A DNA stretch of 64,000 nucleotides from positions 25,544,001-25,608,000 of the forward strand of contig OX597836.1 in assembly GCA_951406725.2 (NCBI GenBank), given 5' to 3'. The notes beneath the pieces are model-generated. The model made no database searches and was not told the DNA's origin. It saw only the letters and a list, made by a program, of their open reading frames with translations. Made by a program: the position numbers and the translations under genes. The stretch is from Octopus vulgaris. Lineage: Eukaryota. Every line of letters starts with the position of its first letter. Positions within the stretch are counted from its first letter, which is position 1. This document shows positions 1 to 14,459 of this stretch, piece after piece.

Positions 1-251
1 CTCCTTGATTCAGCAGTTTTAGAGGAGCATCGAAGTTCCCCAACAAGATGATCGCTATTGGTTTCAAACCTCAAAATAGGAACACTTTATATTTTTATCC
101 AGATGCTTTATTTTTTTCATTCCAGGCATAAAAATTGTGGCTTAGAAACGATCCTGGAGTTAATTACTAGTTCGTTAATATTGTTGTTTCGTTAGTATAC
201 AACCCCATTCAAGGTTATTGCTTTATAATTATTTATTTCCATTCAAGAAAT

Positions 252-535
252 CTGTGGTTCTCAACCGGCGTTCATATGACCTTTAGGGGTCCACATGGCC
301 GTTGGGTGGGGCGTGGTGTCCATACGTGATTTTGTTGTTAAAAATTATGTACAATTAATTAATTGTACTTGTACAATACACGAAATATTTTAACAGGTTT
401 TTTTAATATAATTCCGAACAATATCGAATTATAAAAATATAATAGGATTTTTGGGGCATCAAATGGCTTTGAGGGTCCAGCAGAGTAAAATAGGGAGCAA
501 AGGGCTCCATAGGGGAAAAGGGTTGAGACCCATTG
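252..535. mobile_element. hAT-like MITE
   Basis: TIRs ctgtggttctcaacc (252-266) and ggttgagacccattg (521-535) match the CAGTGGTTCTCAA-type hAT terminus. TSD not preserved. Confidence 0.65.
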
Positions 536-557
536 TCTTAAAGTCCCATACATTTAA

Positions 558-922
558 GTGGCACTTCGTCGGTTACGACGAAGAGGGTTCCGGTTGATCC
601 GATCAACATAACTGCCTGCTCGTCAAATTAACGTGTAAGTGGCTGAGCACTCCACAGACACGTGTACCCTTAACGTAGTTCTCGGGGAGATTCAGCGTGA
701 CACAGAGTGTGACAAGGCTGGCCCTTTGAAATACAGGTACAACAGAAACACGTAGAAAGAGTGAGAGAAAGTTGTGGTGAAAGAGTACAGCAGGGTTCGT
801 CACCACACCCTGCCGGAACCACGTGGAGCATTATGTGTTTTCGCTCAATAAACACGCACAAAGCCCCGTCTGAGAATCGAAACCGCGATCCTATGCCCTA
901 ACCACTGAGCCATTCCGCTTCC
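558..922 (-). mobile_element. SINE family A (tRNA-derived) copy with a variant central segment
   Basis: 3' half is the reverse complement of the 58577-58900 copy; tRNA-like head at about 870-920. Confidence 0.75.
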
Positions 923-1619
923 ACATACATTTAAGTAAGTTACTTAATAACAGGTACATGGTCTTTGGATTTATTGCTCATCTTACATCCTATATAACGC
1001 TACCAATGTGTTTGATTCTTTGGTTGAGACTGTTGAGATTTTTGACAGTATTGTATTTTATTTATGTGGCTTATTTCATTGACCGGACCCACTGGTCTTA
1101 TTACCTTCCGTGTATAACACTGGTGTATATCTAATATTAGTCTTATGTCCTATAGATAACATTGGTGTTATATATAAGCTATAATACGAGTCTTGTGTCT
1201 TGTAACAGCAGCAGTATACAGACTGCTATCGATTGTGTTATTACATCATTTTATGTTATGTCTAACGATGTATCAGATAACTTTCACCAAGGGAATGAGT
1301 AATTTTTTTATGATGTCTATCATACGTGAAAGATGGTCTGTTGTCAAACTATAATTAAATTTGTGTTTATACATTTGATAAGATCAATATTTAATTAGAA
1401 ATCATTACACGGAGAAGGAAAAAAAACAAACAATACTAATTAATTGGTGATGTATATTTTATCATTTGGGTCTTAACATGCGCAGTTCAAATTCGCAGAG
1501 GTTAACTTTACCTTTCATTATTATTTCGATGCTATTAGGCCCCTTCAAGTATTAGGGTCGATGTAATCGAGTACCCTCCTTCCTCTGAAATTACTGTCCC
1601 TTCCCCCACAAAATTATTA

Positions 1620-1838
1620 AGGTGGCCAGTTGGCAGAATTTTGGTGCGTCGGACAAGTTGTTTAGCGGCATTTCTTCCGGCTTTACGTTCTGAGTTCAAA
1701 TTCCGCCGAGGTTGGCTTTGCCTTACATCCTTTAGGGGTCGATCAAAAGTAATAGTCGAGCACTAGGTTTGATGTAATCAAATAACCCACTCCCATCAAG
1801 TATTATTAGGCTTTGTGCCCAAATAAGAAATAATATTA
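1620..1838 (+). mobile_element. SINE family C copy (preceded by a degraded copy at about 1470-1615)
   Basis: Homology to 47373-47611. Confidence 0.7.
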
Positions 1839-2383
1839 TGCATTCTATTTGCACCGTTTTGTTAAGACGAAAGGGCAGCGCCAACGGAATATGGTTTTTA
1901 GGGCGTTCAAGATCAGCAGTAGAAAGAAGGAAAGTTTCTGTTAAAGTGAAGATCTGGCCTTAACATTTTTCTACTAAATGGCGTTTGGTTAAAATATTAA
2001 AATGTGGCATTAAACCGAGCGGTAGATGAAGTCCACTTCTCAACAACTCGTAATAGAAAGATCCCGAACAGATACCACAAAGCACTCACTACATTTCTGT
2101 CAATTCCCCATCCTCGATCTGTGTGTATTTTATCGAACCAGAAAGGAAGAAAGGCGGAGGGATTTGAAAACAGGGTACAGAAAACCGGAACAAATACCAG
2201 AAGATGTTTTGTTCTATACCCTAACAACTCTACCAATTCGCAACATGTTTCAGTCTTATTATGCCCTCTTCCGCAAAGTCGATACTTTCTCGTATTCACT
2301 GAAAAATTATTGTTTAAACATACAAGACTATATCATATATATGTAACCTATGCAGCAAATATAAGATATAAATACAAATGACG

Positions 2384-2488
2384 TTTAAAATTTACGACAG
2401 CTGTTTCGGCAGGATTTTATTTATTTAATGCAATCATAAAAGATTACATAACAATATATAATCCACCATCATCAGGTAAAATTTTAAA
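2384..2488 (-). ncRNA. Type I hammerhead ribozyme motif with intact core and extended stem II
   Basis: Minus strand: UUUAAAAUUUUAC-CUGAUGA-UGGUGGAUU...AAUCCUGCC-GAAA-CAGCUG-UC-GUAAAUUUUAAA. Stem I about 12 bp, full core, palindromic stem III, UC cleavage site. Confidence 0.8.
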
Positions 2489-2534
2489 TATGGCCAATTT
2501 AACAGTTTTTCCGTTGATGGTAAAAAACGACGAA

Positions 2535-2584
2535 CAGCCTTAATCGGTTTTCGAACCTTATTGAGCTCTCATCAGAGGCGTCTG
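2535..2584 (-). ncRNA. Minimal type I hammerhead ribozyme motif with intact core
   Basis: Minus strand: CAGACGCCU-CUGAUGA-GAGCU-CAAUAA-GGUUC-GAAA-ACCGAU-UA-AGGCUG. Stem I GCCU/AGGC, stem II GAGCU/GGUUC. Confidence 0.65.
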
Positions 2585-4524
2585 TATCAATTTAACCAAT
2601 CGCAGAGAAAAAACAGCCAATCTGTTTATATACACAAGTCCACTAGCTTCAGGGAAACGAATCGATTAATTTGCATACTTTTTATCACTTTATTTAATAT
2701 CAGCGATCTGTCAACGGAGATCGCAGTCCATACAGTATCAGGGTATGAGATAATATATATAACTTATATAATAGACATATAAACATAACAAGTTTAACTG
2801 GTTGGTTTAGAGAAACAGAACTGTTTAGAGAATACCGTATAATTACGCCCGGTTCGCTTTTTTAATGCACTCGGCATTAAATATGTTACCGTTAACTTAA
2901 CTATTGTTTGTCATGCAGATGGCGTCTTTGAACTATTTACAATATTTGATTTAGTTTTATTATTTCCATAGGATAGACGCTCTTCTATGAAACAAAGTTT
3001 GTATATTGATGTTGGTTAAGCCTCACCAAACAGCTTTTGCCAGCGATAAAGGTGATAAGGTGATAATATAGGTCAAGCTGGTTGTTTATTTTTCTTTATT
3101 ATGACTATCACACGTGCATATAATACTAGAGACTGATCTTATTTCCCATTCTTCTTTTACATCTTCATACTTATCGACATCAAACTGACCAATTCTGTAT
3201 AACACGTATACATACATGACCACACAAATACATATGCAAGCATAACAAAGCATATGCACACATACACACACAAACGCACACGTACGTATAAAGCCAACAA
3301 ATGAATATATAGACATGAACAAACACATACACGCACATACACACACACGCACGCACACACACATGCAGACATACACACACACATGCACATACATGTTCAA
3401 ATAGCGACATAAAAAACCAAAAATAAAAAGAAACAAAACACCGTCTGAAGCATTCGTTTGTGTTCGGCTTTGTTGGTGTCTTTTGTAGAACTGAGCCATG
3501 ATTCTTTGAGGAATTATTCCACAGACTGAATAATTCAATATCCAAACGCTCCGACATGAACGCCAACGCTATCATCACAACACACACACTACCCATTTCC
3601 CATCATTCCCTCACTTCCGCTCCTTGCAGTTTCTATTGTTGTTATAGTAATTGTTATTCGGTTTTACACGAGAGAATAACTAAACTGTTTTATAGGAGTA
3701 CAGAGTGAGGACTGTTGACTAGAAACATAGGTTATATCTATGTTTATTAGATGTTTAACGAGCGGTGAGCGGAGAACACAAAAGATTGAATGATAAAATG
3801 TTGATTTGTCCGAGGATTTCTGAACGACATTTTATATTTTCTCAATTCAAATATGGCCGCCATTAAGTTTACCTTTCCGGGATGAAGCTCGGCATACAGT
3901 TAAGCACACACGCCTTATCTCTCATTAAAATGTTCTAAGCGCCATTGTTGGAAATCATCAATATCATCAAATACTGTGTAAAGGTGGTGAGATGGCAGGA
4001 TCATTAACACACCGGACAAAATGCTTCGTGGCATTTCGTTCACCTTCACCTTTCTGAGTTCAAATTTCGCCGCGTTATCATAGATGTATGTAGACACAAT
4101 AAGTTTCACTTCAAATGTGGATGTAAACAGTAAAGGTGTATGTATATTTATTACTAGCAATAGATGAATCGCGTCTTCCATAACATATATGGAATACTTA
4201 GTATATTTCCAAAGAAGACACTGGAAACTTAATGAACAAAGAACAAGAAGCAAATGTTGCAATTAGAGGATAAAATTGACATTTTGAAAAATAATTATTG
4301 GTTTTTCTCAAATGAGTTAAAATAGATTAAAAATCCAAAATATAATTAGGGTATGGAATATCAACTGAAAAAATGGTGCTTCGTTCCAGATATTGTGAAT
4401 AAACTTTACTTTGTATTTGGTGACATATAACACACAATTCCACGAGAAAATATGACCTTTGCCAAAATCATTTATTTCTATGCAATATGTTTATATTTCA
4501 CTTAGTATGATACACATACATACG

Positions 4525-4588
<64 letters not shown>

Positions 4589-4655
4589 CATACTCGCGCA
4601 CACACATATATATATACACACTTTCTCTCCCTCTCCCTCTTTCTCTGTCTCTCTG

Positions 4656-4711
<56 letters not shown>

Positions 4712-4917
4712 CATAAATATATGTATATGTATATATATATATATACAATAAAGTACAAAATATGACAAGAACGCAAAACATCCGGACAACTAGATGATAC
4801 AAAAAGGGACAACAAAACATCCAGATAGACGATACAAAAAAAACAAGGACGGGTCATTCGAAGCCTTATATCTTCAGTCAAGAACCGGATTATCCTCGCA
4901 ATTTCGGCTGATATATG

Positions 4918-4953
<36 letters not shown>

Positions 4954-4964
4954 TACATATATAT

Positions 4965-5160
4965 GTTTGTGTATCTGTGCTTGTCCCACCAGCCATCGCT
5001 TGGCAAGCGATGCAGGCGTGTTTACGCCCCCGTAACTTAGTGGTTCGTCAAAAGTGACCGATAGACTAAGAATAAGTCCTGGGGTCAATTTGTTCGACTA
5101 AAGGCGGTGCTCCAGCATGGCCGCAGTCAAATGACTGAAACAAGTAAACGAATAAAAGAC
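4965..5160 (+). mobile_element. SINE family B, 3' half
   Basis: Contains 'gactaaaggcggtgctccagcatggccgcagtcaaatgactgaaacaagtaa'. Similar half copies at 35225-35450 (tail) and 33765-33915 (head). Confidence 0.75.
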
Positions 5161-5397
5161 TACACATGTATATATATATATATGAAACATTAAAATAGAC
5201 AATGACATGCCATGTTACATGAATCTGCCAATTTAATGTATCTTAAAGCATGGAACTAATTGTAGCATATTTTGTAATTGAGTGTGTGACATATGATATT
5301 TATCTCTCACTGGATGGGGTACTTTTCTGTTGATCCTATCTATATGCGAACAGTAAACTATACATATATGCATATATATATATATGGATATAATATG

Positions 5398-5435
<38 letters not shown>

Positions 5436-6806
5436 CACACACACACATATATGTATACAATATGTATGTAGAATATAAATGTGTTTGTACTGTGGAATAT
5501 TTTTAGTTTTAAATAAATCCAGTCTACTTTGAAGATTCCACTTTGAATGAAAAGTTAAATTTTGAAATGTATTGAAAAATTATTTTTACAATATCTGAAA
5601 TATCTGAGACACTTGATAAATTCTATAATCAGGAATTGGTTTATGCCACTCTTCACTTTGTGTGGTTTTTCTTTGCTGATCATAATTTGAAATATTGTGG
5701 CTGATTTTAGTGACTGTTTTTTTTCTTTCGTTATTGAAATTACATTTAAACTACTTTTTCTTCGTTTACAATATTTCTGCTGAATTTACGACTCATATGC
5801 AAAAGTTTGAGACATTGTTCGACTTTTTGAAGATAAAAAACAGTTTATACAATTCCTACATGCCACATATATCTCCGTCAGATTGCATTGGTCAAACGAC
5901 ATTTTCCTAAAATATAGAGAGATGTCTTCACTCTTGCAAGTCTGTTAAAACGTCTGTTATTGGTCTCAAGCGATTTTGATTAATTTATGTGGTGCAAAAA
6001 GTTATTTACAAAGAACGGAGAAAAAAAGAGAAGAGGTATTTGACAATATTTTATACGACATCAGTATGTCGAATCCTGTTTAATATTTTTCGAAATATAA
6101 TCTTCTGAAACTATTAGTAAATATGGAAAAAAAATATAGCTTCTCGTATTTCTAATAAAGTGACAAGGAAAAATATTGGCACCTCGAAAATTCAGTAGTT
6201 CTAGAAAAATTGTACGATACTAACAGGAATACAGTACTATTGCACGCGAGGAAAATAAATTTAATAATAAAAGTATTAGCAGAAGATTGTTTCACTTTGT
6301 GAGTATTTGAAATGTTGCTGTTTGAAGTTGTAAAAACGACAGTAAACAAAATATATTTAGTACCTTTTCACGTTTAGTTTATGTACAAAGTATTGTGTTA
6401 GGTTATAGAGCTTTAGAATTAGTTAGCTGCAAACTAAGAGTTAGTACAGCTGCAAAACGTGTTCATCATATATGTTTGGAGGAACACACACACACAGACT
6501 TAAACCAACCCATTCACAAACACATACCTATCCAAATTTCTGTGTATCATGCTTAAAGCAAACACATACGCTGAAAGCATGAAACCTCCGGTATTCGTCT
6601 CGAGGAAATATCGCATAGAGACGTATAGTGTCAAAAACACAGAAGTATAAGAGAGTTTATCAGCCGCTAGAACTTTCTGTCTGTTACTCATATATTTCTG
6701 TCGGATTTTTAAAACTTTGTACGAGATACTTTCTCCAGATGAATACCGCAGCTCAGAAGGCTTTCAACAACGTATATGCATTAAGTATCATATATGTATA
6801 TATATG

Positions 6807-6891
<85 letters not shown>

Positions 6892-7010
6892 GTGTGTGTC
6901 TGTGTATAGCATCGCATTTACTGTAGGTAGTAGGTACTTGTAACTTTTTAACATGTACTGTTTGTAGTATAATTATTTATTGGTTCCTTTTATTAAACAC
7001 AACCACCCAC

Positions 7011-7076
<66 letters not shown>

Positions 7077-7144
7077 ATATACATATATACAAACACAAAC
7101 ATATATACATACATACATTTACACAGAAACACACATACATAGCT

Positions 7145-7312
7145 GAAATTTACAGAAAAACAAAAGACGAAGACAAGTGTATGAACACCAAACAGGTGTA
7201 TTAGTTTGACGCTCGAGAAAGTGAGGAAGTCTTTATATTTAGAGTCTATGCTCTTCAATAGAAAGGAATAAGAGAAAATAAACAGAGGAAGAATAAAAAA
7301 ATAACTTGTGGA
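7145..7312. repeat. Interspersed family F; second copy at 63301-63505
   Basis: Shared 'ttagttt.acgctcg.ga..gtg...agtcttta...gctctt..a.agaaaggaa'. Confidence 0.6.
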
Positions 7313-7313
7313 C

Positions 7314-7355
<42 letters not shown>

Positions 7356-7797
7356 TAAATGAAAGAATGGAGTCGAACGAAGATGTTAACAAAATTCCTT
7401 CACTCTCGAATTTTCCATGCTGACGATAAACATAGGATAATTCATTCACCTACTTATATATATATATATATACATAGATATCATTACTATTATGTTAAAC
7501 TGTCGTATATCCAACTTTGGCCAAATATGTTTTTTCCAATATCTATTTTTGCTTGCAATACCCAGATCTTTTGGTCAAATTATCACATCTTCAGCTGCCT
7601 CAGATACCAATATACCAAAATTGACAAAATGTAGTATAACGATTTTGCTATGGAATGGTGAAACTATTTTTTCGCTTTCTAAAAAAAAAAAAAAAAGCGT
7701 TTTGGACTTACGACACCTTTGCAAAATAGCAACGATATATATATATATATATATAAATAAGCATCTCTCTTTCTCTTTTTCTACATACATACATACA

Positions 7798-7948
<151 letters not shown>

Positions 7949-8407
7949 GTATGTATGTATGTATATATATTATATATGTGCGACTACAACCAATACTGGT
8001 GAATATTGACAGTTTCTCCGTTGCATAAAGTCGCATGACTCAGCAGTCTTCGATGCATTTTGCAATGACGGAATAGCAAATTCACTAGTGTTCGCGTCAG
8101 CCAATGAAATTATGGGTGCGCACGCTCACGCACACACGCACACGCACGCACGCACGCGCGTGTGTGCGAGCCTGGAAATGTTTTTTCTTATTCAGTTAGT
8201 CTATATACTATATTAAGTTATAAAGCTGTGAATGCAGTTTGTTGCGAATTCCTATAGATTTATTGCTAGAAAATGTATTCCTAATATATCTTTATAGATA
8301 ATTACATATATTATATACCTGCTTGAGTGAACGTACACATACAGACAGACAGACTGATACACACACACATACACACGCATATACATATATTTATACACAC
8401 ACACACG

Positions 8408-8512
<105 letters not shown>

Positions 8513-9369
8513 GCATTTTGTGTGTGTGTGTGTGTATAAGACCATTGAACTGTTTACATCGATGTTGCTCTCTATAGAAAAATGATAATTGTAGAAATAT
8601 CTGAAGAAAGATAGATAATGAATATATGTGCTGTTCGAAAATACTTAACCCAAATAAATATCTGATGGGGAAAAAAGAAAAAAGAGAAAAGAAGGAAGGA
8701 AACAGCAATAACAACAACACCAGCGACAAGAATAAGAATTCGGTTTCATTAAGAGAACGACAAACGAAAGTTTCTGAAGCAGTTCTTTTCATTAATAATA
8801 ACCACACTTCTGTTGATATGAACAAAAATTGAAACAATATCGCATGATTCGTCGCCAATTCAATTGTCTCCCTCCATAACAAGACGCCATGATGTCTACG
8901 CATTATGTTTAAACGACGTAATGACGTTCTATTTATCTCTCCAGGAATTTGCTTTGGAACTGCTGTTTATGGCTATCGTGAGCCGTTACCTAGACTAAAT
9001 AAAGTAGGATCTTTTATTTTCAATGAATTTATTTTCTTCTTTCATCAAAACTAGCAAGTTATCGGCCGACCTAATAACACACCACTTGAAAACAATGGGA
9101 TTTACTTTCATACAGTCAATAGTATTCATCAGTTTAATAAATTTGTCTATGGATATATTAGATGTAATCACACTGTTTTTATTGAAGTTATTAGTGGCTC
9201 TTGTTGTAGCAATGGTTTATTTGATTGCTTTCTTTTTAAATGATATATTAGCCTCGAAATCTGACCTTATACCTCTCTTAGAAATCAATATGTAATTCAA
9301 AAGTGCATTTATGAGTATACACCCGATCTTCACTATTTTCGCCTTTGTTAGTCAGAAGATATATTCAGA

Positions 9370-9690
9370 GGATAGTGTCCATGTCAGTTACAAGCAATCC
9401 TAGAATGGTGAGAATAATGCGGTCGATGTTCAGGTTGAATATCTGGGGATAACGAGTGGAGGAACTTGACTTGTCTGGGGAGTTCCAGAGGGCTGCAATC
9501 TAAAAATGCAGGATGGAGTGAACTGCTTAAAGTAGAGCCTGGGCGTTAAGATCAAGAAAGTGGGATGAGAAGATGTGTGGATTAAGCATTAAGCTAATTC
9601 CGAGAAACAGAAGCCGTCGCAGGAATGCAAGAAGAGATAAATTCATGAAAACAGCATTCTACCTCCATCAATTGGCCTCTAAACTCTAAG
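9370..9690 (-). mobile_element. 3' end remnant of a CR1/L2-group LINE; related end at about 44700-44890
   Basis: ALWNSP motif and NIDRI/NINRID C-terminus. 'aatgcggt(c/t)gatgtt' is shared by both copies. Confidence 0.4.
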
Positions 9691-9762
9691 ACTAAAGGAT
9701 ATGCAAATTTGTTTGGAAGAAAAAAACTTCAAAAGAAGATATATTACTTTTACTAACACGTA

Positions 9763-9839
<77 letters not shown>

Positions 9840-10084
9840 GAAAGAAAGAAAGCGATAAATAAATGGGTAGGTAAGCAGATAGCTAGACAGGTATACAAGT
9901 GTGAATACGATCTATCTAACTATCTGTCAATCTGCTTGCCTGTCTGTCTGTCTATCTATCTACATATCTACATAACCTTTCTCTCCCTATCTGTATATGA
10001 TTCACTCAGTGAATCTGCCTTTGTATCATATGTGTACGTATATATATGTACACATATAAGCAAACATGCACACATACACACACA

Positions 10085-10126
<42 letters not shown>

Positions 10127-10208
10127 AACATATGTAAATATATATATACACACACACATGTATATATATATATATATATACACATAGACATTTATATATA
10201 TATATATA

Positions 10209-10252
<44 letters not shown>

Positions 10253-10990
10253 CACACATACATGCATGCACACGTATACACACACACATATACATACATT
10301 TGTACATTTATTAATGCTAAGGCAACCCTTTTTTCTCTACACTCACTTTTATTAGAAGTGAAGCTCTCCTTAAGCCAAACGGTTCATGACATACGAGTTA
10401 TCTCCTCCACTTATCTCCCCTGACACCAACAGCCACCCACTATTATCTCTTCTCATAAACTCGTCTTTTAAGCAGATATTATTCAGAAGAGGATACACAT
10501 AATCTTTTCCAAAACTACCAAACTGTCAATCGTTCATTGCCTTCCTTTATAAAATGTAAACTTCCATTAACATCCCCACCACAACTGTCATTATTTCTAC
10601 CATCATCTTTACCATCGTCCTCAACAAGACCACCACCACCACGATTATCATTACTACTACTACTACTACTACTACTAATAATAATAATAATACCATCATC
10701 ACCAGCACCATCATTATCGTAACCAGCATCCCCAATCTGAACACCACCGCTACAACCATAGGCGTCAACACCACCACCACCATCTCCACCAGAAAACCAA
10801 AGAGATAAATTTTGAAATTCATTCTATGTTAATTGTAGAATTCCTTGTACGTTACCTTCCGCATTGCACAATAATCAACCCCCCCCCCACACGCATATAA
10901 ATATATACATACACTCATATATAAATATATATATATATATATATGTAGCAAGATTTTTGATGTGAAATCGTGTGTTGAAACAGATATTGA

Positions 10991-11094
10991 TGTATTTAGG
11001 AATGGTCATTTTGCCAGTTTAGCCAAATAACACCAAATATATAGTGCGTGTGTTTTTATTGGCTAAACTGGCAAAATGACCATTCCTAAATACA
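10991..11094. repeat. Hairpin with perfect 36-bp arms
   Basis: 10991-11026 versus 11059-11094. Confidence 0.9.
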
Positions 11095-11095
11095 A

Positions 11096-11170
<75 letters not shown>

Positions 11171-11268
11171 CATGTATGTATGTATGTATGCATATATATA
11201 TATATGTGTATGTATGTATGTATACTTATGAGAGGTATTGGTATCCAGAAGACCTAAGGTGGCAAGTA

Positions 11269-11329
11269 AGGTTATGTCTCTAATGAAGGAATATCCCTAA
11301 TATCTCAGAAACAGCTGTAAGACTAACTT
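11269..11329 (+). ncRNA. Hammerhead ribozyme motif with G5A core change (probably inactive)
   Basis: GUUAUGUCU-CUAAUGA-AGGAAUAU...AUAUCUCA-GAAA-CAGCUG-UA-AGACUAAC, inside a ~160-bp island between (TA)n tracts. Confidence 0.6.
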
Positions 11330-11383
11330 TCTTTTTATAAATGTCCTGAAAATTTCACACAGCTTTGTTGTCTCATTTTATTT

Positions 11384-11427
<44 letters not shown>

Positions 11428-11715
11428 AATACTTACATATATATTTATGCAAATGTATAATACATACATACATACATACAAACATACAAACATACATACA
11501 AACATACATATATATATTCATATGAATGTTTGCATGTCATATGTATGTATATGTCATATGTGTGTATGTCGTATGTATATATATATACATATATATATAT
11601 ACATGTATGTGTATAATATTATATTACATTTTATATTTTAGTATGTTACAATATATTATATATTATATGTTATAATATGTTATACGTACATATATATACA
11701 TGTACATATTTATAA

Positions 11716-11747
<32 letters not shown>

Positions 11748-12480
11748 ACATCTGTATGAGTATGTAAGCCCTTTCCATGTGTGTCTGTCTGTACCAATCG
11801 GCGTAAATTCCTATTGAAAATGGACGTAACACAGGTAAAATAAGCAATCTGATATACGACTGAGATCGATAAACTCAATACCTGACCAAGTAGAGGTATC
11901 GATAGATTTTCATTAAACTCCAATAAAAGTGATGCTTCCGCTTGGCTGCATTCCAATGATGAAAAGCAGTAGCAGAACAAAAATAATAAAAATATAATGT
12001 GGCATATTACCAATATTGCACTGATTGATTGATTGGTTGATTAACCATTAATCAATCATTGCTACCGCCATAGATTCATTATTTATAATTACAAATATTA
12101 TAACGATTGATTATGTCACAACATCAGAGAAATTCAATGATGGCAACAGATAACTAATACGATAAACATGGCTGACCCAACAACAACAACAAGCACAACG
12201 ATGCATGGTAAACACTATCTGATCGTGCCGAGTGCTAGAAATAGTAGATAAATTTCTCTCATGACACATCCTAACGTCGTAGATAAAGGACCTATTGAAT
12301 AGTATTGTTAGTCCTTCATATTAATGAAAAGACGTGTTGGTCGCGTTTAGAACGATTTTGCGTAGAGGTTCGTCTAAGTTATACAGCAGCAACAAAAACA
12401 AGACAGCAAGCTAGGTAGTTTCTAGATGGACGCTCAGTCTGCTTGAAATAACAGTCCAGTTCTTACTCAAAGCATATCAT

Positions 12481-12724
12481 TTACTCTTTTACTCTTTTAC
12501 TTGTTTCAGTCATTTGACTGCGGCCATGCTGGAGCACCGCCTTTAATCGAGCAACTCGACCCCAGGACTTATTCTTTGTAAGCCCAGTACTTATTCTATC
12601 GGTCTCTTTGCCGAACCGCTAAGTGACGGGGACATAAACACACCAGCATCAGCTGTCAAGCGATGTTGTGGGGAACAAACACAGACATACAAACTCACAC
12701 ACACATACACACACACACACACAT

Positions 12725-12763
<39 letters not shown>

Positions 12764-12942
12764 CATATATATATACATATATATGATGGGCTTCTTTCAG
12801 TTTCCGTCTACCAAATCTACTCACAAAGCTTTGGTCGGCCCGAAGCTATAGTAGAAGACACTTGCCCAAGGTGCCACGCAGTGGGACTGAACCCGGAACC
12901 ATGTGGTTGGTAAACAAGCTACAAACCACACAGCCACTCCTC
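12481..12942 (-). mobile_element. SINE family B, full length (tRNA head, internal (TA)n(TG)n microsatellite, (AAAAGAGT)n tail)
   Basis: Near-identical to the copies at 26213-26618 and 45074-45468. Head ggagtggctgtgtggt...ggttcagtcccac, CORE-like 'ggcaccttgggcaagtgtctt'. Confidence 0.85.
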
Positions 12943-13791
12943 CACTCCTGGTGCCTGGCGTGAATAAGACCCCCAAAAAAGAAGAAAAAAAGGCTCGAAA
13001 GAATAGTCGTACTGCATCGTCCGTTACATGTGTTTACAAGGGATGCTTTCGGATATCTGGTAATACATTGCAGTTTCGACACAATGCCGTTACAAGGAGC
13101 GATAAGCCTGCAGCTTATTTTGGACGGTGTGGGAGGGAGCACTAAGAATGCATGTCCCTAGATCCTGAAATGGGTCCTCAAGGGAACACCCATTAGAAAT
13201 TTGGAATGCTGGCTGCTTCTGATAGGACCCTGTGGAGAAGGTGTTTGAGAACACTAGCCTTATGACCTTCCCAGTTACAGCGGGCGGAGACGATGGATCA
13301 TATCATTTATGCAAATTGCTCTATCTAGGTTACTTAAAGCTTTTAATAATAGCACGTTTTATAAGTAATGTCTCCCTTGTGAGTTTAGAGGAAGCGTAGA
13401 TGCTAACAAAAGCTCAACACATGATCGGAATTAATCTCCCTATTACTGCTCACTAAGATATTTTATATATACATCATGTGTTTACATCTCTCCATTTACA
13501 CACACGCGTGCATACAGAGACAGACAGACATACACACATCTAATTAGATTTTAATTGTGGAATAGAGATGTCAAATCGATGTTACGAACGTTTCCATAAA
13601 CGAACGTTGTTTTTGCATACCAAATATAAAGTTATGCAATGCATACAATATGTGCCATACATGTAATAACATTACTGTTCAGTCACTTCCTCATATATCC
13701 TGATTTGAAACAGCCAACTAAAGAGGAAGCGCTGACGAGGTCATCACCCACGTTGTACCTACCACCATAATTCTATCTATCCATCTATCAG

Positions 13792-13862
<71 letters not shown>

Positions 13863-14459
13863 GTCTGTCTGTCCGGCCGTCCGTCCGTCTGTCTGTCTGT
13901 CTGTCTGTCTGTCTCCCTCTCTCTCTCTCTCTCTCTATCTCTTTCTCTCTCTCTCTATCTATTTATCTTTCTCTCTCTCTATCTATATGTTAGATAAAAT
14001 TTATAGATACAGTGTAGCAGTAAAATTCGTATTATCTGAAAGAAAAGATAATGCAGTGATAGAGAGACTAAAATGGTATAGACTTATAGAGAGCTAAAAT
14101 GGTATAGACTGATGGTGATGATGATGATGATGATGACGGTGATGATGATGATGATGATGATGATGATATAGATGATGATGATATAGATGTTAATGATAAG
14201 GATGATGACGACGATGATGATGATTATCATGATGATGATGACGATGATGACGATGATGTTGATGACGATGATGACGACAGTGATGATGATGATTATGATG
14301 ATGACGATGATAACGATGATGATGACAATGATCATGATGATGATGATGATGATGACGACGATGATGATAATGACGATGTTGACGATGATGATGGAGATAA
14401 TACAGATGATCATGACGACGACGCCGCCGACGACGATGGCGATGACAGTAATAATTCTC

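Noticed and set aside
1997-2381. Overlapping 100-125 aa ORFs next to the hammerhead pair
   Set aside because: No recognisable domain or splice structure; consistent with chance ORFs.
5840-5960. CIGQT and LVKRHFPK motifs suggesting Penelope GIY-YIG
   Set aside because: The motifs overlap in different frames and are too short to support a call.
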